A stretch of 64,000 nucleotides of DNA, from IMG/VR virus record IMGVR_UViG_3300025674_000003. One strand, written 5' to 3'. This stretch comes from an uncultured virus (IMG/VR IMGVR_UViG_3300025674_000003) (taxonomy: Duplodnaviria > Heunggongvirae > Uroviricota > Caudoviricetes > Crassvirales). Shown here piece by piece: positions 17,351-25,807 of this stretch. Both the position numbers and the translations under genes were made by a program. Every line of letters begins with the position of its first letter. The stretch's first letter is position 1. The notes beneath the pieces are model-generated. The model was given only the letters and a program-made list of their open reading frames with translations, had not been told where the DNA came from and searched no databases.

Positions 17351-18095
17351 TATTCAAAACTATATAAGGTATAAAGAAGATATTAAAAAATCTATGCCAG
17401 AAGAAAAGTTTTACGATTACTACACTAGAAATGAATTAATTATAAAATTTTTACCTTTAGTAGAAGCTATGGCAAGAAAACAATCAACATCTCAACAGGC
17501 TATAGGTGTATTAACAATAATGGATCTGCTACAAATAGGTGGTATGGCTTTAGTTAAAGCAGTTGATAAGCTTGACTGGGAAATGTTGATCGATAAACCT
17601 GATATTGAAAAAACATTAAAAAGCTTTTTTAGTAAAAGAATAAAAGGCGCAATACGTAGAAGAATAGATATGCATAGAGGTAATATGAGAATACCTGAGC
17701 ATAAACAAAATGAAATAAGAAATAATCCAAAAGATAAGAAAATGGTAGAATTATTTTTTAATAGTATGTTTTTAAGTATTGATGCTAAAAGCGTTACAGA
17801 TGATGAGAATTTAATGTATCAAATACCAGATAAATCAGAACCTTATAATTTACAAATACTAAATATATACTTAATGGGTTTAATGGAAAAACATTTAGGC
17901 GTTAACTCTAAAGAATACGAAGTATTAAGACTATCATATGGTTTAGATTGTGATAAACATTCTGCAAAAGAAATAGCTCGTATACTAAAGATAGAAGGTG
18001 TTAGTGATTATGTAAGAGTTTCAGAATTAAAAAAGCAAGCAATAAATAAATTAATAGAAAACGTTGATCACTCACAAGTGCTTGATTTCCTGTAG
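17337..18095 (+). CDS. RNA polymerase sigma-70 family factor
   Basis: Region 2 (RNELIIKFLPLV, DLLQIG..ALVKAVDK, RIKGAIRR), LSID, region 4 (VLRLSYGL..SAKEIA..RVSELKKQAINKL). Confidence 0.9.
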   Translation: MKKYNIQNYIRYKEDIKKSMPEEKFYDYYTRNELIIKFLPLVEAMARKQSTSQQAIGVLTIMDLLQIGGMALVKAVDKLDWEMLIDKPDIEKTLKSFFSKRIKGAIRRRIDMHRGNMRIPEHKQNEIRNNPKDKKMVELFFNSMFLSIDAKSVTDDENLMYQIPDKSEPYNLQILNIYLMGLMEKHLGVNSKEYEVLRLSYGLDCDKHSAKEIARILKIEGVSDYVRVSELKKQAINKLIENVDHSQVLDFL

Positions 18096-18106
18096 GTTAC
18101 GCCTTC

Positions 18107-18137
18107 ACGGATTTAAAAATAAATGTAAAAGATAATA
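18107..18137 (+). promoter_or_regulatory. Putative early promoter P8
   Basis: ACGGATT-N16-AGATAATA, upstream of the replication genes. Confidence 0.65.
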
Positions 18138-18179
18138 CATATGTGTGATTATAATAATAAGCAATTTAAATAAAAACGA

Positions 18180-18722
18180 ATGAACATAAACGAAAAATTA
18201 GCTACAATTCAAACAAAGTTTAAATCGAAGAAAAGTAGATTTAACTCTTTCGGCAAATATTACTTCAGATCAGCCGAAGACATTCTCGAAGCAACAAAAC
18301 CCTTTCTACTAAAGTTAGGAGTATCAGTAACAATTGATGAACAATTAATTGATGTAAGTAATATACCTATAATTTGCTCAACAGCTACAATAAGTGACGG
18401 TAAAGAATCAATACATGCGTCAGCTTTAGTTGGAGTTGATCTAAATCAAAAAGGTATGCAAACACCTCAACAATTTGGTAGTGCATCCAGTTATGGTAAA
18501 AAATATGCATTAGGTAATTTATTCTTAATAGACGACACGCAAGACTCAGATGCGTCAAACACACACGGTAAGGCACCGAAAGCAAAAAATACATTAACCT
18601 CTAAATCAGATCCAGCGTTTAAAAAAGCACAGGACTACATAAAAGCAGGAGGTAAGTTAGATGCTATAAAAGCTAAATACAGTTTGTCTAAAGAAATAGA
18701 ATCAGAATTAAAAACATTATAA
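18180..18722 (+). CDS. ERF-family single-strand annealing protein
   Basis: NSFGKYYFRSAEDILEA, QQFGSASSYGKKYAL...DD.DSD. Confidence 0.85.
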   Translation: MNINEKLATIQTKFKSKKSRFNSFGKYYFRSAEDILEATKPFLLKLGVSVTIDEQLIDVSNIPIICSTATISDGKESIHASALVGVDLNQKGMQTPQQFGSASSYGKKYALGNLFLIDDTQDSDASNTHGKAPKAKNTLTSKSDPAFKKAQDYIKAGGKLDAIKAKYSLSKEIESELKTL

Positions 18723-19453
18723 TGACTGAAAAACAAATTATAAAGAAGTTAAAAGATGATAAACATTATTATGGAGATTTTGGTAAACAATATCTTAGTA
18801 ATTCTGATATAGGTAAACTATTAACAAATCCACTTGGTCTTAGAGATGAGCAAAAACAAATACCAGCTTTTTTAATAGGTGGTTATTTTCACACAGCAAT
18901 ACTAGAACCAGATAAACTTAAAAAGTTTAAAATAATAGATACTACAACTAGAAATACAAAGTTGTATAAAGAAATATCTGGAGGTGAAATGTGTTTATTA
19001 CAGAACGAAGTTGATAAACTAGAGTTAATGATAGATAAAATGCTTAATAACAAAGCATGTGTTGATCTTATAAGAGGTATAAATGTAGAATATGAAAAAC
19101 CTGGTATAACAAAGCTTGAAGGATTAAAATGGAAAGGCAAAGCTGATATAATTAATCACGATGAAAGATTAATAGTTGATTTAAAAACAACTGCAGATCT
19201 TCATAAATTTAGATATTCAGCTTCTAAATATAATTATGATAGTCAAGCTTATATATATCAAAACTTATTTGGTTATGAATTAATATTTATAGCTATAGAT
19301 AAAACTACGCATCAAATAGGTATTTTTGATTGCTCACCTGATTTTTTAGCGCGTGGTAAAGACAAAGTAGAAAGAGCAGTAGAACAATATAAATTATTTT
19401 ATGAATCAGAGGACTTTGATCCTCAACAATATTTTATTAATCAAACTTTATAA
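18722..19453 (+). CDS. PD-(D/E)XK exonuclease (RecE/ExoVIII-like)
   Basis: LSNSDI, FHTAILEP, KGKADI, VDLKTT, YDSQAYIY. Confidence 0.85.
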   Translation: MTEKQIIKKLKDDKHYYGDFGKQYLSNSDIGKLLTNPLGLRDEQKQIPAFLIGGYFHTAILEPDKLKKFKIIDTTTRNTKLYKEISGGEMCLLQNEVDKLELMIDKMLNNKACVDLIRGINVEYEKPGITKLEGLKWKGKADIINHDERLIVDLKTTADLHKFRYSASKYNYDSQAYIYQNLFGYELIFIAIDKTTHQIGIFDCSPDFLARGKDKVERAVEQYKLFYESEDFDPQQYFINQTL

Positions 19454-19455
19454 TT

Positions 19456-19770
19456 ATGGCGAGTATAATTAAAGCAAGTATCAATTTAAGTAATATTGAT
19501 AAATCAAAAGTTATTGAAGGTAAAAAAGGTAAATATCTACCTATAGTAATAACTTTAAATGACGAAGTAGATCAATTTGGGAATCAAGGTCCTATTATTG
19601 TAAGTCAAACAAAAGAAGAAAGAGAAAGTAAAGCAGCTAAAACTTATCTAGGTAATGTTCAAGTTGTATGGACAAACGGAGAAAATGTAGCAGCAGCACC
19701 TAGACAAGATGAACCAGTTAAAGCACCTGTTGTTGCACCAGACGCGGTTGCAGACGATTTACCATTTTAA
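19456..19770 (+). CDS. Putative single-stranded DNA-binding protein
   Basis: Acidic DDLPF C-terminus; between recombinase and helicase genes. Confidence 0.7.
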   Translation: MASIIKASINLSNIDKSKVIEGKKGKYLPIVITLNDEVDQFGNQGPIIVSQTKEERESKAAKTYLGNVQVVWTNGENVAAAPRQDEPVKAPVVAPDAVADDLPF

Positions 19771-19779
19771 TTAATTTAA

Positions 19780-21504
19780 ATGCAGACAGTAGAGATCAAT
19801 GGATTTTTGATTGACCAGTTTAATCAACATAAGCTAGAAGAAGGGAAAAAGCAGGGTATATGTCCTCTTTGCTCGCACACTAGAAAACCTAAAAATCAAA
19901 AAGCAAAATGTGCTTCATATGATTGGGAACGGGGTCTTGGTACTTGTCACAATTGTAATACATCATTTCAACTACATACTTATCAACGCAAAGGAGCTAG
20001 TGAAAAAGAATACGTAAGACCTATTGATAAGCAAGAGGATTACAATATAACTGGAGATCCAGAGCAAAAAGTTTTGAAATGGTTTAAAACAAGAGGTATA
20101 TCAGCTCAGACTCTTATCGACTTACAAGTTGGTGAGGGTCATGAGTATATGCCGCAAACCGGTAAGACCGAGAATACTATAAAGTTTAATTACTTTATGG
20201 GCGATCAACTTATTAATATTAAATATAGAGATGGTCGTAAAAACTTTAAGTTATATAAGGGTGCTGAAAAAGTATTTTATAATATTAATAGTATTGTTGG
20301 CTATGAATATTGTATTATAACTGAAGGAGAAATGGACGTGTTAGCACTTCACGAAGCTGGTATACCAAATAGTATATCAGTTCCTAATGGAGCTACACTT
20401 AATAGTAATAATTTAGATTATCTTGACAATTGTATAGATTATTTTGAAGACAAAGAAAAAGTAATACTTGCTGTTGATTCAGATGAAGCAGGACAAGCAT
20501 TACAATCAGAACTAGTTAGAAGACTTGGTGCTGAGGTTTGTTATTTAGTTTCATTTGATGATTGTAAAGATGCTAATGAATATCTTATAAAATATGGCAA
20601 AGAAAAATTATCGGAGCGTATTGCGCAAGCAAGACCAGTACCTCTCGAAAATGTTACGACATTCAAAGACATCGAAGATGAAGTTACTGACTTTGTACGC
20701 AATGGGTTTAAAAAAGGATTTCAAATTGGTTTGGAAAACTTTGACAACATTTTTAGCACGTATACCGGTCAGTTTATTACTGTTACTGGCATACCTAGTA
20801 GCGGTAAGTCTGATTTTGTTGATCAGATGGTTGTAGGTTATAATCGTAATTATGGTTGGAAAACAGCGTTTGCTTCACCAGAAAATGCACCTACGTATTT
20901 ACACGCTCACAAGCTAATGCGTAAAACATGGGAAGGTATGCCAACATCAAAGGATATACACGGTGATAAATGGAATAAAGTTGCTAATCATGTTAATGAT
21001 AACTATTTTTTTATAGATATGGAAAGATATAGTTTAGAGTCTGTATTACGCAAAGGCGCTGAACTAGTTAAACGCAAGGGTATTAAATGTTTAGTTATAG
21101 ATCCTTTTAATAAGATTAGAGACATTGACTGTAAAACAGAAGATGTTAATAGATATACAATGGAGTATTTAACTAAGATAGAAACGTTTGCAAAAAAGTT
21201 TGATGTACTAGTATTTATTGTAGCGCATCCAACTAAAATGTATAAAGATAAAGATGGAAAAATTGAAGAACCGACAATGTATAATATCAAAGGCGGAGGC
21301 GAGTGGTATGACGCGAGTTATCATGGCATTTTGGTACACAGGGACTATGATGCAAAAACGGTTAAAGCCAAGATACTTAAAGTTAAGTTTCAAAATTTGG
21401 GTGAGAATGGAGCTGAGGCTCATTTTAAATGGGAACCAAAGTCGGGTTGTTTTATACCGTTTGAACCAATAAGTATTAACGACGAACCAATGCCATGGGA
21501 ATAA
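19780..21504 (+). CDS. T7 gp4/Twinkle-type primase-helicase
   Basis: CPLC...CHNC, TOPRIM EGEMD and DSD, Walker A GIPSSGKS, VIDP, VAHP. Confidence 0.93.
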   Translation: MQTVEINGFLIDQFNQHKLEEGKKQGICPLCSHTRKPKNQKAKCASYDWERGLGTCHNCNTSFQLHTYQRKGASEKEYVRPIDKQEDYNITGDPEQKVLKWFKTRGISAQTLIDLQVGEGHEYMPQTGKTENTIKFNYFMGDQLINIKYRDGRKNFKLYKGAEKVFYNINSIVGYEYCIITEGEMDVLALHEAGIPNSISVPNGATLNSNNLDYLDNCIDYFEDKEKVILAVDSDEAGQALQSELVRRLGAEVCYLVSFDDCKDANEYLIKYGKEKLSERIAQARPVPLENVTTFKDIEDEVTDFVRNGFKKGFQIGLENFDNIFSTYTGQFITVTGIPSSGKSDFVDQMVVGYNRNYGWKTAFASPENAPTYLHAHKLMRKTWEGMPTSKDIHGDKWNKVANHVNDNYFFIDMERYSLESVLRKGAELVKRKGIKCLVIDPFNKIRDIDCKTEDVNRYTMEYLTKIETFAKKFDVLVFIVAHPTKMYKDKDGKIEEPTMYNIKGGGEWYDASYHGILVHRDYDAKTVKAKILKVKFQNLGENGAEAHFKWEPKSGCFIPFEPISINDEPMPWE

Positions 21505-21756
21505 ATGCCTAGAATAAAAAAGCAATCAATGGGTGAATATGCACCAACTAAAGTTCAATTAAAAGCTTATAGATGGTGTATTAATAATGGAATATATATA
21601 TCGCCCTTTGCTACAGGTGATGCAACTTGGTATATAGAAATAAAAATTAACGGTAAAACAAATAGATCACCTGATGTGTATAGCAAAACCGCTATATGGA
21701 TCAAGATGTATGAGTTCTACGAATATTATTATAATAAATATGAAAAACGCTTATAA
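21505..21756 (+). CDS. Hypothetical protein
   Basis: 83-aa ORF. Confidence 0.65.
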   Translation: MPRIKKQSMGEYAPTKVQLKAYRWCINNGIYISPFATGDATWYIEIKINGKTNRSPDVYSKTAIWIKMYEFYEYYYNKYEKRL

Positions 21757-22381
21757 CAATGCGAATGAGGCTTATGAGGCATTATTAGATGAGGTTATTA
21801 TACATGGTATAGACTTTGATAATACTAAAGCTTTATTTAACTGTGGGTTTTACATACGTAACCCTTTGGATAATCATATAACCAATAAACAACGTAATTG
21901 GAAACTAGAGTATGCTGAAGCTGAATGGCAATGGTATTTGTCTGGTGATCCAAGAATTAGTAAGCTAGGCGAACTATATGGTAAAGTACCACCAATATGG
22001 GAGCGTATGGCTGATAGCAATGGTGAGGTTAATTCTAATTATGGTTATCAATGGAAACGAAACGATCAAATAGATTATGTTGTAGCAAAATTAAAAGACA
22101 ATCCTAAAACCAGACATGCAGCAATAAGTATATATGACGCGAAAGAGTGGCTAAAATATACTAAAGATACACCATGTACATACGCTGTTCAATTTACAAT
22201 TGTAAACAATGTATTAAATATGTCTGTTTATATGCGTTCTAATGACATCTGGTACGGTTTCTGTAATGATCAATATCAATTTTCATCATTACAAAAAATG
22301 ATTGCAGAGAGATTAAATATTGATGTTGGATGGTATTATCATCATGCACACAATATGCACTTGTATAACGACAAATTATAA
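21740..22381 (+). CDS. Thymidylate-synthase-family enzyme, dCMP hydroxymethylase/methylase type
   Basis: GEVNSNYG, PCT catalytic Cys, MRSNDIWYGFCND with Asp at the N177-equivalent position. Confidence 0.8.
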   Translation: MKNAYNNANEAYEALLDEVIIHGIDFDNTKALFNCGFYIRNPLDNHITNKQRNWKLEYAEAEWQWYLSGDPRISKLGELYGKVPPIWERMADSNGEVNSNYGYQWKRNDQIDYVVAKLKDNPKTRHAAISIYDAKEWLKYTKDTPCTYAVQFTIVNNVLNMSVYMRSNDIWYGFCNDQYQFSSLQKMIAERLNIDVGWYYHHAHNMHLYNDKL

Positions 22382-22385
22382 ATTT

Positions 22386-23159
22386 ATGTATTATATTTAT
22401 CACATACCAGGTAAAAAGATTGGTGTTACACGTAATCTTAATACCAGAGTTACCCTTATACAAGGTTATAAGGAGGGTGAGTATGAAGTTCTTGAGCAAT
22501 CAGATGATATAGATTATATATCAGATCGCGAAATAGAACTTCAAAAGTCTTATGGCTATAAAACAGATATTCATAAGTATAACAAATTAAAACCTATATT
22601 AAATAAAATGAGAATAAACGCTACAGAACAAACATCAACCTTTCCTTGTCCTTTAAATAAATTAAAAGGACGATTAATGGACAACATTGGTTTAAAATGG
22701 CAGACAGAGTTAGGAGAGTTTGAATTAAAAAAATCAACTATTAACTGGATAATGGCTAATGCTAAAACTTCAATGTTTAATGAAAATAGAAGTTATATTT
22801 ATAATAAAGCTTTTTATGAATCTTTTTTAAATCCAAATCACAATCCACCTACTGATCATGAAGTTTCACGATTTAATTTAATAAGACAATGGGCTAATGA
22901 CAGAGGAATAATAACAAAAGGTAATTCTCATACTCAATATGTTAAGTTTCAAGAAGAAGCAGGTGAATTAGCTCAAGCTTTGTTAAAAAAAGATAGAAAA
23001 GAAATATACGATGCTATTGGAGATATTGTTGTAGTATTAACTAATTTAGCTACGCTTGAAGATATGAAGATAGAAAACTGTATTGATTACGCTTATAATG
23101 AAATAGCTAATAGAAAAGGTAAAATGGTTAACGGTACATTTGTAAAAGAAACATTATAA
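22386..23159 (+). CDS. GIY-YIG-like N-terminus fused to MazG-like NTP pyrophosphatase
   Basis: YYIYHIPGKKIGVT...REIELQ; KFQEEAGEL...DAIGD...AYNEIANRKG. Confidence 0.7.
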   Translation: MYYIYHIPGKKIGVTRNLNTRVTLIQGYKEGEYEVLEQSDDIDYISDREIELQKSYGYKTDIHKYNKLKPILNKMRINATEQTSTFPCPLNKLKGRLMDNIGLKWQTELGEFELKKSTINWIMANAKTSMFNENRSYIYNKAFYESFLNPNHNPPTDHEVSRFNLIRQWANDRGIITKGNSHTQYVKFQEEAGELAQALLKKDRKEIYDAIGDIVVVLTNLATLEDMKIENCIDYAYNEIANRKGKMVNGTFVKETL

Positions 23160-23473
23160 TGAGAATAAAAACAGAAGATAAAATAGTTCAAGCTGTATTA
23201 GCTAAAATGGATCAACGTAGTTTAGATGGTCAAAAAAAATATGGCGCAACAATGATGGGCGAAATAGAAAATGAAGTTAAAGATCTTGATAGATTTTTAA
23301 TAGATGTTCAAGAAGAATTAATGGATGCATTATTGTATATAGAAGCTGCAAGAAGATGTTTATCAGATGAAATAGAAGAGGCTATGATTAACAGAATAAA
23401 TATAGTTGGTCAAAACGGTAACGATGGTTTACACTATCACGATATTGAATTAAATGAAGAGGAGATCTTATAA
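23159..23473 (+). CDS. All-alpha NTP pyrophosphatase-like protein
   Basis: RSLDGQKKYG...QEELMDALLY. Confidence 0.5.
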   Translation: MRIKTEDKIVQAVLAKMDQRSLDGQKKYGATMMGEIENEVKDLDRFLIDVQEELMDALLYIEAARRCLSDEIEEAMINRINIVGQNGNDGLHYHDIELNEEEIL

Positions 23474-23912
23474 ACGTAAAAGAAAACGCGGGCCAGTACA
23501 GTCAAAGAAAGTGACATATGATGGTATTAACTTTTCGTCTGGCCTTGAGCGTTATATGTATATGGCTTTAAAAAAAGCAAATATTAAAGCTAAATACGAA
23601 GGAGAAACTTTTGTTTTATTAAGCGGTTTTCATTTTGAAAACGAAGTATATGAAAGATGCTCTAACGGTAAAGGTGATTATAAAAATAGAGGTTGTAAAA
23701 GAATATTACCTATAAAATATACACCTGATTTTATTGGAGAAGATTTTATAATTGAAACAAAAGGTAGAGCTAATGAGTCTTTTCCAATGCGTTGGAAGTT
23801 ATTTAAAAGACTTGTTATGAATCAGTTTCCTAACATAACATTATATAAACCACAAAATCAAAAAGAATGCGACGAGACAATAAGCATAATCCTTACGAAG
23901 CGAAAAGGATAG
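23454..23912 (+). CDS. T7 endonuclease I-like Holliday junction resolvase
   Basis: FSSGLE, YTPDF, IETKG. Confidence 0.8.
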   Translation: MKRRSYKRKRKRGPVQSKKVTYDGINFSSGLERYMYMALKKANIKAKYEGETFVLLSGFHFENEVYERCSNGKGDYKNRGCKRILPIKYTPDFIGEDFIIETKGRANESFPMRWKLFKRLVMNQFPNITLYKPQNQKECDETISIILTKRKG

Positions 23913-24040
23913 CAAGAAAAAAATATGCTGAAAGGCAGATAGATAAATGGTGGATGTGGTCTTGGGAAATGAGAGGGAAAATAAAATTTAAAGAATTAAT
24001 AGAAAAACAAGATAAATACGGAATAAAAGTTTATGGATAA
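23867..24040 (+). CDS. Hypothetical protein (57 aa)
   Basis: Hand translation; fills the intergenic gap. Confidence 0.45.
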   Translation: MRRDNKHNPYEAKRIARKKYAERQIDKWWMWSWEMRGKIKFKELIEKQDKYGIKVYG

Positions 24041-24179
24041 TAAAAAAGTAGCATGGTCACTAGAAATAGGTTTTTACCCTGGTGTACTATTTGGTTTAAG
24101 AACATATGACGAACAAGAAAGAGTTTCTTGGGTTTTATATGTGCCTTTTATTGATCTTTGTTTAACAATTTATAAATAA
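24033..24179 (+). CDS. Hypothetical protein (48 aa)
   Basis: Hand translation; TAATG overlap with nrdB. Confidence 0.55.
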   Translation: MDNKKVAWSLEIGFYPGVLFGLRTYDEQERVSWVLYVPFIDLCLTIYK

Positions 24180-25147
24180 TGGGATTATTTGATGAGCGCA
24201 TAGCGTACAAACCGTTTGAATATCCTGAGTATTATACAGAAGGTTGGTTAAAACAAGCTCAAGCATTTTGGTTACATACTGAAATACCCATGAGTGGAGA
24301 TGTAAAAGATTGGAACGAAAAATTAAATGATAAAGAAAAGAACTTGGTCGGTAATATACTACTCGGTTTCGCGCAGACGGAGTGCGCGGTTTCTGATTAC
24401 TGGACCCAAAAAGTAGTTAGCTGGTTTCCTAAACACGAAATACAGCAAATGGCAATGATGTTTGGATCGCAAGAAACAATACACGCTGTTGCTTATAGTT
24501 ATTTAAATGAAACATTAAAATTAGAAGATTATGAAGCTTTCTTACATGAAGAAGCAACGGCTAATCGCTTTGACAATCTTGTTGCTTACAACGGGACTGA
24601 ATCTGTGGGTGTTGCGAAAAGCTTGGCTGTATTTTCAGCCTTCGCTGAAGGAGTTAGTCTGTATAGTGCTTTTGCAGTGCTGTATAGTTTTCAGTTACGA
24701 AATTTACTCAAAGGTATTGGGCAACAAATGAAATGGTCTGTAAGAGACGAATCATTACACAGTAAAATGGGTTGCAGATTATTTAGGCATATGTGTGAAG
24801 AGGATAATAAACTATTGTCCGCTTGTAAACCAGATGTTATAAAAGCTGCTGAAATAATGGTTGATCTTGAAGAAAAGTACATTGATAAAATGTTTGAGAT
24901 GGGTGATATAGAAGGTATTAAATCTTACGACTTAAAACAATTTATAAGAAAAAGAACAAATGAAAAACTTATGGAACTCGGTTATACAGAACTTAAAGAT
25001 AAGTTCGAATATGACACTAAAGCAGCGGCTGAGCTTGATTGGTTTTATCATCTTACCGGGGGCGTTACCCATACTGATTTTTTCGCTATTCGTCCAACAG
25101 ACTATAGTAAGGCTAATGAGGGCGAAGACTTTGAAGATATTTGGTAA
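24179..25147 (+). CDS. nrdB: Ribonucleotide reductase class Ia beta subunit
   Basis: FWLHTEI, QETIHAVAY, EGVSLYSAF, RDESLH, DFFAIRPTDY. Confidence 0.95.
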   Translation: MGLFDERIAYKPFEYPEYYTEGWLKQAQAFWLHTEIPMSGDVKDWNEKLNDKEKNLVGNILLGFAQTECAVSDYWTQKVVSWFPKHEIQQMAMMFGSQETIHAVAYSYLNETLKLEDYEAFLHEEATANRFDNLVAYNGTESVGVAKSLAVFSAFAEGVSLYSAFAVLYSFQLRNLLKGIGQQMKWSVRDESLHSKMGCRLFRHMCEEDNKLLSACKPDVIKAAEIMVDLEEKYIDKMFEMGDIEGIKSYDLKQFIRKRTNEKLMELGYTELKDKFEYDTKAAAELDWFYHLTGGVTHTDFFAIRPTDYSKANEGEDFEDIW

Positions 25148-25225
25148 TTGGTGTAAAGTCTATGAAAAAGGTATAAACCTTAATATAGATATAACACAAG
25201 ATGATATAAACAAAGATCTATACAA

Positions 25226-25414
25226 ATGAAAAATTTTTTAAAATATACGGTAATCTGGATAAGTCAAAATCTAGCAATACCCTTTTGGGTTGTAGGACAT
25301 ATACATTTATCTATACATAATTTTAAAGACTTATATGAATTGATTTGTAGTTTAACTATGAATATAATTGTTTTTATAGGTTTTATAATAGATTATAAAA
25401 ATGAAAGAAAGTAA
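25226..25414 (+). CDS. Small membrane protein
   Basis: Two hydrophobic segments. Confidence 0.55.
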   Translation: MKNFLKYTVIWISQNLAIPFWVVGHIHLSIHNFKDLYELICSLTMNIIVFIGFIIDYKNERK

Positions 25415-25631
25415 ATTAATAGAAATGAAAAATAAAATAGATGCTCAAAATAGAATAATGCAGCATTTATTAAATGAATTAAGTAATATAAGAGACTTAG
25501 CAATAGGTACCTTAGAAACACTAAAATTAATGCCAGGATACAATGAAGCGTTGGAGCAAATTAAAAATAAAATTACTGAAAAGTCTAGTAAGACAGAAAA
25601 GGCTAAGTCCTTGGAAGCGACTAGCGACTAG
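25401..25631 (+). CDS. Hypothetical coiled-coil protein
   Basis: 76-aa ORF. Confidence 0.6.
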   Translation: MKESKLIEMKNKIDAQNRIMQHLLNELSNIRDLAIGTLETLKLMPGYNEALEQIKNKITEKSSKTEKAKSLEATSD

Positions 25632-25806
25632 AATAGGTTATATGGGTGCTGGTTTTTTAATCGCAGCACAGTGGACTATAGAACCTAAATTATATATAAT
25701 AGGTTTTATATGTGTAATGATACAAACAGCTTCAAGAAAACAATGGAATCTTGTCGCTTTAAATATGAATGGACTAATAGCATGGATAACACACTTAACT
25801 AAGTAA
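25543..25806 (+). CDS. Small multi-pass membrane protein (start uncertain)
   Basis: Three hydrophobic segments; ends just before nrdA. Confidence 0.55.
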   Translation: MKRWSKLKIKLLKSLVRQKRLSPWKRLATRIGYMGAGFLIAAQWTIEPKLYIIGFICVMIQTASRKQWNLVALNMNGLIAWITHLTK

Positions 25807-25807
25807 T

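Noticed and set aside
10610..18137. Recurrent motifs read as a CRISPR array
   Set aside because: Copies are dispersed upstream of genes with variable cores; no repeat-spacer periodicity and no cas genes
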